A stretch of 61,625 nucleotides of DNA, counting the filler. It is 14 parts of 14 records of this genome, joined end to end, with 100 filler letters (N's around TTAATTAATTAA, not from the genome) between each part and the next. Parts side by side here need not be neighbours in the genome. Positions count along the whole stretch, not along the records: positions 1 to 5,847 come from SRR15195285_7725; positions 5,948 to 9,392 come from SRR15195285_7726; positions 9,493 to 12,664 come from SRR15195285_7732; 11 more parts are not named here. One strand, given 5' to 3'. How positions within the stretch are numbered: the stretch's first letter is position 1; every line of letters begins with the position of its first letter. A program made the position numbers and the translations under genes. The notes beneath the pieces were generated by a model. The model was given only the letters and a program-made list of their open reading frames with translations, had not been told where the DNA came from and did no database searches. Positions 1 through 9,612 of the stretch are shown here, piece after piece.

Positions 1-3
1 CTG

Positions 4-70
4 TTGACTGGGGCGAAAAAGCGGACTTTCTCCCATACTATTGACTGGGGCGACACAGCGGACTTTCTCC
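4..70 (+). repeat. Direct repeat, 2 x 30 bp (TTGACTGGGGCGAmAmAGCGGACTTTCTCC), 37-bp period
   Basis: Copies at 4-33 and 41-70 differ at 2 positions. The junction motif CCATACwATTGACTGGGG recurs at 40983-41000 on another contig. Confidence 0.85.
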
Positions 71-145
71 TGGGTGGGGTACAGGAAGGAAGGAAGGGCA
101 GGGGGTGTTGGATAGGCTGTGGGGCCGAGGGCTTTTGGGTGGGAG

Positions 146-381
146 ATGCCGTATGATCCGGAGGAGGCGGTGATGGAGGGCTGGACCATTGAGTTGGACA
201 AGAAGCGAAACGAGCACTATTTTTGGCACGAGGAAACCGAGACTAGCTCGTGGACGCATCCAGTGACGGGCAAGTTTCCAGACGGGAGTGAGCCTGGACA
301 GCCAGAGGACACTGATGATGCTGAGAGCAGTACCGAGGAGGTGGTGATGAGCAGCGACGACACAGAGGGGGCAGTCCTTCC
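146..381 (+). CDS. WW-domain exon, probably the 5' exon of the chromo-SET gene
   Basis: Translates GWTIELDKKRNEHYFWHEETETSSWTHP (W...YFWH...WxxP) followed by an acidic tail. A GTGAGT donor lies at 382. The splice path to 899 was not resolved. Confidence 0.7.
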
Positions 382-898
382 GTGAGTACACCTTTCAGCT
401 AGATCTATGGCGTCCCATTTAGTCTGTGCTGTTGCCGCCGCCTTTCCAGTCTCTGTGGCCTCGAATCGCTGCAGTCAAAAGCTGCCTTTCGTTTTGGAGT
501 GGCTGGGGGATTGGCAGCAGCGAGCCGACGCCACACAGAGCTGAAGACGGATCTGGAGCTCTGTGTAGCCTCAATCCGCTGCCGGCAAGCTCCCAGTCGT
601 TTCGAAACGAAAGGTGGCCGTAGCTTCTTTTTGCGCACACCGTCTCACTCACTGCGATTTGACGCCGTGGCGATGACAGGGAGGGTGGCTCTCAGGCGGT
701 CAGCAGGACGGGATCTGAGAAGCGTGTGAGTCTGGCACTTGTCACCAGCCTTGCGTTCGCTCTTCCTGGCTGTGCTGTGTTACGTTACACTACGCTATTC
801 TGCCCAGTCTTCGACTCCACCTCTTCAGATAAGCATCGTGCAGCCAATGCTGTTCGATTGTGCTGTTGATTCTGTTGCCCCCCTGTCTCGTGAGGTAG

Positions 899-3800
899 TC
901 CACGGAGGAGGACTCTGAGGAGGAGGATTTCGAGGTCGAACGTATTGTTGGAAAGCGAAAGCGGTCATCGCGAGTGGAGTACCGCGTGCGCTGGTACGAA
1001 AAGTCCACTTCCCCTTGCCAGTGTCTGGACAGTAATCCGCTCTGATCACTTTTGGGTCATCTTGCAGGAAGGGCTACGATGAGAGCGATGACACGTGGGA
1101 ACCGCTGCTGCATCTGGCCAACGCGAAGGCAAAGATCAAAGCATTCGAGCAGGCACAGGCGCACGCGAGCTCTCGTGTTGGCGAGCGAGGCGGGCGAGGC
1201 GGGCGAGGCGGGCGAGGCGGGCGTGGTGGGCGTGGTCACGGTCGCAATGGACGCGCAGCGACGGCACAGGCACCGGTCGCTACCGTCGTCACGGACTCTA
1301 ACGGTGGCAGCGCATTGACCAAGATGCATTACGCTGACGGGCCTGGTGCCGCGGCGGCGCGCTGGGCACTCCTGGAGGCCTCACAGAGCGTCACCGAAGC
1401 TTGGCGTGTAGCTTCCTTGCAAACGGGCGGTAGCTCTGTTGAACCAGCGGCTTACCACGCAAGCCACCAGGCGCCCGGCAGCCTGGGTTTGAGTGGACGT
1501 CAACGCAAATTTACGTGTAAGAAGTGCGGGACACCGAAGAAAGGTCCAGCATCGAAATGTCCATGCCAAAACACATCTCAGTCTGAACACGAGATGCCAG
1601 ACACACCAGCTCACGCGGCCAAAAGCCCAGACCGAGAGCTAGCACTGCATGCTGGCGATGAACATATTAATGGGAACGCTGCCAAGAGTGACACAGCGCC
1701 CGCGCCTGACGAGCCTGACAAGATCAAAGCTGGCTTCGCTGAGCTTGCATATCGTCCCACCTTCCACCACCACGAACAGCAGAACGGCAGGGCCACTATT
1801 CGCGTCGCTGTTACGGAAGACGGCGTAACATACGTGTCCATCGCGGATTTCTTGGAGTTCATCAAGGTCCACAACCGACTAAATGCTCAGAGCATGGCTT
1901 CGAATCTCATTATGGATGCGAACAAGAAACGGAAATACAAGCTCCTGCACGGTGCGATCAATGGTAGCAAACGGCGCACACCGATGATCCGGGTGGCAGA
2001 TCAGTTTCCTAAGTATGTATGCTCCATTGGGAAGCTGAAGGCCCTGAATTCAACGCTTCTAGAGCGTGATGCAGCTACACTGTGGAAGAATTTCTGCAAC
2101 TCAAGCCTTCGGGAGTGGTTTGAGCAGGAGCTAGAGAAGTCGAGGAGGGTAGACGGCGTGCTTGCGGAGTGGACGGATGAGCAGTGGCTGCACCGCACGA
2201 TGCAGTTGAACAACGCAGCTGCTACTGTCAAACGCCGTCAGCCCACGCGCAAACGGAAGATCTCAAGGCAGGAAGACACCCGCAGAAACAAGTGGGTGTA
2301 CCGTGAGCTCTCTAAATTGCTCGTCACTCTCCCCCTAGACATGAATCCTGGCGACACCTTCACTCTACGGGTTCCTGGCGTAGATGCGCTGGTGGATGTG
2401 GAATTTCCTGAAGGTGGCGTGCCAGGGAAAGCGATTGAGCTAAAGTTGGTCGTTCCGATCATGCAGAAGGTTCTTGCCAGCGACGTAGAGCCTGGTAGTA
2501 GGTGCATGCCATGCTACGATGAGCTCGACGAAGGGCAAATGCTGACAAATCTCCCTGCAAAGGAGCGACCGAAGAACCGGGTGCCATCGCTTCTGGAGAT
2601 ATCAGCGATGCGCGCAGAGATGCAGTGTCAACCAGGCTTGCAGCACGCTGACGTGTCTGCGGGCAAAGAATCTGTGGCAATACCTGTGGTGAACACCGTT
2701 GACGACGAAGTTTTTGACCTCAACGCGTTTCGATATGTGTCGACGCCTGAGTACCCGGAGAAAATTCAAGCTCTGATCGATGCAGCACCACCTGTGCCAT
2801 GCAACTGTACGGGAACTTGTGGTGGCGTAGGTGCAGATCTCTGCGGGTGTGTCGACAGGTACGGTGACGTGTACGATCTCGTTGTAAAGGTGGAGCTGAA
2901 GGCTCTGCCACCTAACCAGTGTTCTGTTCCTGCAAGTGCCGGTTCTGGTAGCCACGAGGGTGTAACACCGGGAGCTCGTCGCCGTCCCGCTCCGGGTGTC
3001 GCACGGCGTGTCCGCGCACGAAAAGTAGGGGAATCAGAGTGGACGACTTATCCGTCTGTTAATCAGGCGCACAAAGGAACAGGCGTAGATTACAGCGATG
3101 TTTTCAAATGCTGCAAGACGTTGCTTCCCGAAAGCGGCGGATACGTGTTTGAGTACGACACCAGTGCTGCAGATGAAACAGAAAAAACGTCGACCATGAG
3201 CGTGCAGAAGGGTAAGGCCTTGTCACATAAGGCCCCATCATCACCGACTGCACTATCATCTGGCAAGCAGCCGAGACTGTGGAGCTGTAAGACTTGTGGA
3301 ACCAAGAAGACGGCACCTAACGAAAAGTGTAAACAGTGCCATCCGGGAAGCTTTACAACGCAAACCCAGGCTCTGGAAAGCCCTAAGGTTCTGGAAAGTC
3401 TTGCGAAGCAGACCCCGGGATCCTGCGCTTTGCACAATCCAGCTAAAGCCTCGTCGGGATCTTACAGATATGACTGTGGTGCGCTGCTAGCAAAGGCTGT
3501 CGCCGACGCTCTTGGAGGGCTCGACGTGAGCTCCATTCACAGCGATGAGGATAATCATAAGACCGGCGGTGGCCTTGATGGTAAGGCGTCTGTGCAGTAC
3601 AAAACTCAAGTGGACAACGAGACGATGAGCGGCGTCGCGTCGCTGTTCGGCACGTCTGTCGGTGCCGTCCTAGCCAGTAGCAAACACTGGTATCCAGACT
3701 TGTCGGCCAACTCGAGAATGTTTCCTGGTACGTATGTGAGGCTGCCCGCACAAATCGGACGATTGGCAGCTGGATGTTTCGGTTTGATGAACATCGCAGG

Positions 3801-4763
3801 CACTAGCCTCGGGCCGCAAGAAGTCAACAGACGGCTTGCAAACCTGCAAGCTGCAGACGCATTATGGGAAGCGATCGAGGTGAAGGTCACTCGCTACGGG
3901 GCTTACCACAAGGGCCGGCTTGGGCCAGCCATTAGCTTCAGTGTGATACACGAGTGCACCAATGCGTGTAGCTGCCTGAAACCGCAGCAGGGACACGGTA
4001 GAACAACTGAAGGCTGTGGAAACCGCCACTTGCAACGAGGAATCCGGCCCGACGTGTTGCTAGAGGTGTTCCGCGCTGGGACTGAAAAGGGCTGGGGATT
4101 GCGCTCGCGGACGTTCATCCCGGCTGGAACCTTTGTCTGCGAGTACGTTGGTGAGATCATGACCGATACCGAAGCGAACGAGCGCGGAAGATTGAAGGGT
4201 CCAGAGTACTTGTTTGACCTGGATGTCGCAGTACAGCGACACCATGACGAGCAGCGGCAGAAAAAGAACAGTTTCAGGAAACAACAGAAGGACAATGACG
4301 AGCAGCGTGAAGATCATGTGGACGAGGAAGAAGGCGCCCAAGAGTTCGTGCGTTTGCTTGCATCTAGTCGCATACACCATGAATGAATGGCTGCTGGATG
4401 CGTGACAACATGTCATCGATACGATTTGCTGTCGCGCGCAGGTGATCGATGCCAAGCATGTCGGAGGCGTTGCACGGTTCATCAATCATTGCTGTGATCC
4501 GAATCTGGTGGTTCAGAACGTGCTTGCTGGGCATTCTGATGAACGTCTCACACGAGTTGGCTTCGTACGTTCGCCACATCCTGCTTTATCGCTCAGTTTA
4601 AGCGGACGCGATTTGATCAGACCTTTGACTGCTGCACGCACAGTTTGCGCTGCGAGATATCGAAGCTATGCAGGAGCTGTCGTTCGACTATGGAGAAACA
4701 ACCAGTGGAAAACACGGCGTGTGTCGATGTGGTTCAGAGAACTGCCGCGGAAAGTTTCAATAG
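899..4763 (+). CDS. Suv39/Clr4-like histone lysine methyltransferase (chromo - RGG - pre-SET - SET - post-SET), multi-exon
   Basis: Chromodomain FEVERIVGKRKRSSRVEYRVRW|KGYDESDDTWEP is split by intron 994-1067 and continues in frame into ORF 1315-4386. SET motifs KGWGLRS and FVCEYVGE are present. Intron 4348-4441 is followed by IDAKHVGGVARFINHCCDPN, and intron 4565-4643 by FALRDIEAMQELSFDY and post-SET CRCGSENCRG. Stop at 4761-4763. Confidence 0.9.
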
Positions 4764-4801
4764 ATAAAAATAGCGGGGCACATTATTGTTTTTATAGATG
4801 G

Positions 4802-5689
4802 TCACAAGTCATCGTCAGTGTGCATAGTTTCGATGTCACCGTGCGGAATATTGCCCATTGCGTTGACGAGCTGAACACGCAGAACAAGTGTAAATAAAGA
4901 CAAGTGAGAAAGCAAAGTGATGCCTCCAGCAAAACACTTGCGACACTGTGATTGCTCTGCGACGAGCACTCACGTTCTCGAGTTGATCGATATCCATGTC
5001 TGTCGCGCCACTCACTTGCATACCAGTCTTCTTCAGTTTTTCGAGCGCTCGCCGCCGCCGCTTGTCCTTGACGTGCGAGAAATCTCCTCTCATTTCGGCC
5101 ATCATGCGATCCATTGCTTCCTTGTCCATGCCTGCAATTGACGACAATCGTACCACACGAAAACACGGCTCATGGACGGGCATGAAATTGAGCACGACAA
5201 ATGCAGCACCTATGAGCGTGGCTTACCAGGGATGTTGACATTCGATAGATCTGGTATGTCGTTAAGAGGTTTCTCTGGCGGCGGTGGAGGCGGGGGCAGC
5301 ACAGGTAGATGGATTGTCTCCTGCACACGTTGGACGAGGTGTGACTTCTCACCGCAGCCCTTGCACTGCACTCCACGCTCTCGCAGCAACTTCTTCAGCT
5401 CTTTCACTCTTAGTTTTGAGTAGTCTCGGTCGAAGCTCATGCTGGCAGCGTGCAGCGTGCCTGCCTTGGTGTGCTTCACCTGCGTCTCGCCCGGAACTTT
5501 CCCTTCCTGGACCCAGCCAGAAAGCAGGTCGTGCGCAAAAGGCCCCTGCTCTTTGTCTTCGCTGTCAAGATAGTACCACGCGTCCGCGTCGTCAGTCGGC
5601 GGCTCGTGATGCGAAATTGTCGCCGATGCCAGGGGCTCGTCCGACAACCCTGAGGGAGCCAGCAGCACGAGTGAACTAGCCAGCAACAT
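4802..5689 (-). CDS. Secretory-pathway protein with GYF_2-like and ARMET/MANF-type SAP (CxxC) domains, C-terminal DDDL
   Basis: Hydrophobic N-terminus MLLASSLVLLA; WYYLDSEDKEQGPF..L..W (GYF-like); SKLRVKELKKLLRERGVQCKGCGEK (SAP/ARMET_C-like). GT-AG introns 5132-5226 and 4871-4973 give an open frame ending HTDDDL*. Confidence 0.75.
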
Positions 5690-5847
5690 CCGCGTGCAGG
5701 TCGTCCGCCGGCACATGATAGCCCGGCGCCACAAGCAACAACAACGACGCCGCACAGATAGCAGACCCAGAGGCCCAGCAGGGAGGCGGGGCTCCCCAGC
5801 AGCGGGATCCGCGGTCTTCGAATGCATGTTCCACCTGGTCGATTCCA

Positions 5848-5947
5848 NNNNNNNNNNNNNNNNNNNNNNNNNNNNNNNNNNNNNNNNNNNNTTAATTAAT
5901 TAANNNNNNNNNNNNNNNNNNNNNNNNNNNNNNNNNNNNNNNNNNNN
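5848..5947. other. Artificial contig-joining spacer (N44-TTAATTAATTAA-N44), first of 13
   Basis: Identical 100-bp spacers with stops in all six frames start at 5848, 9393, 12665, 18214, 23567, 29006, 33678, 37341, 40779, 46537, 50470, 54095 and 58311. Adjacency across them has no biological meaning. Confidence 0.99.
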
Positions 5948-6225
5948 AGAATTACAATTTGATTACGCGGGTTCATATCACACGGACTTGGGCAATGCGT
6001 GCGCGCTCCTGATGCGCAGGCGCATCGCGCAGAGGGACGCGTACGCGTACGTAGCACGGCGCCTCGGCGGGCCGTGACCTGTGGGACACTGCGAGAACGA
6101 TGTGCTAGGAACAGCACACTGGGACACTGGGGGCGAAGCGCTCCCGCAGTCTAGGCTCGCTCGCTTGTCTGACCATCTGAACAGGCTGGGCCGGTCGTGG
6201 TCGAGCTCCGTCGAGCGTGCATCAG

Positions 6226-9003
6226 ATGTACGAGGCGCATGGTCGAAGCGACGATGAGAGGAGGTGTTACGGAGGATTGACGCAGAGATTGATCGTTCTG
6301 GTTGCGTTTGGTAGCAGCTTCCCATCGCAGTCAGACGCTTGCCCCGCGGGTCAGTGTAGCACCGGCAGTACTTGCTGCGCCCTCTTGTGTGGTGATTGCG
6401 ACAACTGTGTCGATTGCGCCGCCGGGTCGTACTGCGCCAACTCTTGGCCAGCCGACGACGAGCGTGCCAAATGCAGCCCAAGTGGGGTATCCAGGGGTCA
6501 CGCTGCAGAGCTGTGCCCCGCGGGGAAGTTCGCGCTCGCTGGGTCCAGTGCTTGCACGGAGTGTCCTGTCGGCAAATACAGTGGGCACGCAGCTGGCTCG
6601 TGTATCCACTGCGCCACGGGGAAATTCGCTGCTGCGGTCGGCACGGAGACTTGCACAGACTGTGCAGTAGGCTACTCTCAGGCCAACCAGGGTCAGTCAG
6701 GCTGCACCGCATGCGCTGCAGGGAAGTATAGTAGCACTCGGAGCATGGTAGCATGCATCGACTGCGAACCAGGGAAGTACATGCCGATGGAAATGGCAAC
6801 TAGCTGCATTGACTGCGACCGCGGAACTCACCAGCCTGGAACAGGCCAGTCTTTGGAAACATCGTGCCAAGATTGCGCCATCGGGCGATATCATGACATC
6901 TCCAACGAGCAGCACCACTTTGTTGATACCCCGTGTACCCTGTGCCCGGCTGGGCGGACAACAGAGCGCGTGCGCAGTATCGAAGAGGATGATATCGACG
7001 CCTGCAACGCCTGTCTACCAGGAACGTACGGTACATCTGACAGACAGTGCTTGCAGTGCGTAGAGGGCCAGTACAGTAGCCGCTCAGAGAGCACGATGTG
7101 CATAGGCTGCAGAATGTGCACCGAGGGTGTCACCTACGAGAGCGCTACGTGCTTGGTGGGCTCCAATCACGATCGTACCTGCTTCCCATGTTCTACTTGT
7201 TCTCCAGGAGTCACTTTTGCACGGCAGAGTTGTACTGTGTTAAGCGACACGATATGCGACAGTTGTACGCAGTGCAGCGCGGGCGTATCGTTCGAAGCCT
7301 CGGTATGCACTGCCGAGCACAACCGCGAGTGTGTAGCCTGCTCAACTTGTGGTCCGAACGAGTTTGAGAGCCAACCTTGTGCACCGACTAGCAATTCCGT
7401 CGACGACAGAGTGTGTACAGCCTGTGTGGAGTGCGGAGAGGGCCAATTTGAGACGCGTGCTTGCGATGCTAGAGGTGATCGCCAGTGTTCCAACTGCTTG
7501 CAGTGTAGTGATGGACAGTACGAGACCGTGGCTTGTTCTCCACGCACAGACCGACAGTGCGTGGCATGTGATCGCTGTACTGCTGGTGCCTCGTTTCAAA
7601 ACGCCCCATGCACACCTGTCCGAAACACACAGTGTACCGTCTGCCAGACGTGTAGTCCTGGCAAGTATATGACAACCGACTGCGCGGACCAAGATAGACA
7701 GTGTGCGATGTGTCCAGCCGGCAAATATCAGTCAGCTGTGAACTCCAACGACTGCATAGACTGCAGAATTGGCCGGACATCACCAGAAGCAGCCATCTCT
7801 GAAGCTGAATGTGAAGATGTGGTCTGTGACGCTGGCCAATTCTTCTCGTTGTCTGAATTACTGTGTCGAGAGTGTCAGACGTGTGCCGCCGGCACTGAAA
7901 TACTTTCACAGTGCTCACCCACAGCGGACGCTGTTTGTGCGGCGTGCCCAATGGGTAAATACGGGCTGGGTGGAGAGTCCATGTGTATCGGATGCGATCG
8001 TGGTACTGCTCGGAGCAGCACTGGAGGCACAACCAAACGGGATTGTTTGCTGTGCGATAGTGGGACGTTTCCCGCGATAGACATCGACAGCATCCACACA
8101 CATGGCATTACTAGTGGCGCTGTGTACTGCGTCGCCTGCCCACCTGGCCAGTATGGAATTTCACAGACTGATCCAAATGATGCAGCAGGGAGCAGTCATG
8201 GTACCGATGGGACAGGAGCCTCTAGTAGACGCGTTGATGGCCCACTTGGCTGTGCTGTGTGCCCTATCGGTCAATTCCAGGCGCGGTTCAGACAAACACG
8301 TTGCCAGGCGTGTCGGCAAGGGCAGCACGTGGCAAGCACTGGCGCGATGGAATGTCAGACATGTCCTGAGGGTCGCTCCAGTCAGGCCGGTAGTGAGCTC
8401 TGCACGAATTGCTCGCCGGGAATGTACGCTGACCGGGGAGCACGCAGCTGCCTTGAGTGTCCACTGGGTCAGTACCAGCTTGGTCACGGAGCGGCATCGT
8501 GCATACGGTGTGGCTCATGGTGTCACGAGCACGGGACTTGCTCTGCTACGGGGGATTGCGACTGTAACACTGGTTTCACTGGTGCTCGCTGTGAGTCCAC
8601 AGATCCAACTGCAGTCTCCTTCAGTGGCATGGGTGCCGAGGGCTCTGCGACATCGCACCAACAGCAGTCACAAGGTCGGCCATGGGCGATGGTTTCTGCG
8701 GTTTTAGCGGCGGTTCTTGTCCTAGGTGGGGTTGCACTAGGCTGCATGCGCAAGAAAGACCCTCTCGGTATCCAAACTTCTGGGTTCAACCAAGACACAG
8801 CGACGATTGCCTCGGCAGCGACGGCGGACCTACCAAAGGCAAGTGTGGTTCCTTCCGAGACCGTCACAGATGCCAGCATTGTCACGGACATCCAGGCCAA
8901 CCCTTTGGAGCGGTCAGCCTCGAAAGTGCTGGCGACGGCGGTGCAGCGTGAGCGACAGCGGCAGGAGGACGAGCACGGGGCTGGCCAACCTTCGCCATTG
9001 TGA
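6226..9003 (+). CDS. Cysteine-rich type I membrane protein (ephrin-receptor-like GCC2/GCC3 repeats, TNFR-like repeats, EGF, TM)
   Basis: Repeated CxxCxxGxY/F and CxxCxxC...C.....D..C units. An EGF module CHEHGTCSATGDCDCNTGFTGARCE is followed by TM segment WAMVSAVLAAVLVLGGVALGCM and RKK. Confidence 0.85.
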   Translation: MYEAHGRSDDERRCYGGLTQRLIVLVAFGSSFPSQSDACPAGQCSTGSTCCALLCGDCDNCVDCAAGSYCANSWPADDERAKCSPSGVSRGHAAELCPAGKFALAGSSACTECPVGKYSGHAAGSCIHCATGKFAAAVGTETCTDCAVGYSQANQGQSGCTACAAGKYSSTRSMVACIDCEPGKYMPMEMATSCIDCDRGTHQPGTGQSLETSCQDCAIGRYHDISNEQHHFVDTPCTLCPAGRTTERVRSIEEDDIDACNACLPGTYGTSDRQCLQCVEGQYSSRSESTMCIGCRMCTEGVTYESATCLVGSNHDRTCFPCSTCSPGVTFARQSCTVLSDTICDSCTQCSAGVSFEASVCTAEHNRECVACSTCGPNEFESQPCAPTSNSVDDRVCTACVECGEGQFETRACDARGDRQCSNCLQCSDGQYETVACSPRTDRQCVACDRCTAGASFQNAPCTPVRNTQCTVCQTCSPGKYMTTDCADQDRQCAMCPAGKYQSAVNSNDCIDCRIGRTSPEAAISEAECEDVVCDAGQFFSLSELLCRECQTCAAGTEILSQCSPTADAVCAACPMGKYGLGGESMCIGCDRGTARSSTGGTTKRDCLLCDSGTFPAIDIDSIHTHGITSGAVYCVACPPGQYGISQTDPNDAAGSSHGTDGTGASSRRVDGPLGCAVCPIGQFQARFRQTRCQACRQGQHVASTGAMECQTCPEGRSSQAGSELCTNCSPGMYADRGARSCLECPLGQYQLGHGAASCIRCGSWCHEHGTCSATGDCDCNTGFTGARCESTDPTAVSFSGMGAEGSATSHQQQSQGRPWAMVSAVLAAVLVLGGVALGCMRKKDPLGIQTSGFNQDTATIASAATADLPKASVVPSETVTDASIVTDIQANPLERSASKVLATAVQRERQRQEDEHGAGQPSPL

Positions 9004-9612
9004 GCAAATCTGAACCCGGCAAACGGCGCCCCTGCGCCCCCTGCATTGAGCTTTGATGGCCTCCCACCGCCAGAGTCAGACACTGCTGTTCCCCAAGATG
9101 ATGAACAGTTCTTTCATGGAGATGGTAGGGCCCCATGCCCAGTGTCAATCAGTGAAAATTTGCTAGCATCGACCCACTACACGCGCATTAACTCGACCCA
9201 TTAATTTTACGCTTGCCGTCGGCGCTCTTCGCTGCAAGGTGATAGTCGCGTCCAGGTGTACTTCGAACCCACGCATTGCACACCAACGCCGCCTTTAGTA
9301 AGACGACGACGACGACGAAAGATCCTCGGTTGTGTAGCACCACGGATCGACATTGTTAAACGCACTGCTGGTGGCCAAGATCGTTGTGCGCANNNNNNNN
9401 NNNNNNNNNNNNNNNNNNNNNNNNNNNNNNNNNNNNTTAATTAATTAANNNNNNNNNNNNNNNNNNNNNNNNNNNNNNNNNNNNNNNNNNNNAAGATGGA
9501 GACCACAGTCGCATCGTACCGCGTAGAAATCCCACCCGATGTTGTACGAGTAGCACCGTACCATCCGAAATGCCTGGAAGCGGACGCACTGCTTGTGCGG
9601 GTTTGTAGAAGG

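Noticed and set aside
4-70. CRISPR-like 30-bp direct repeats
   Set aside because: Only two copies, a 7-bp spacer, no cas genes, and a eukaryotic context.
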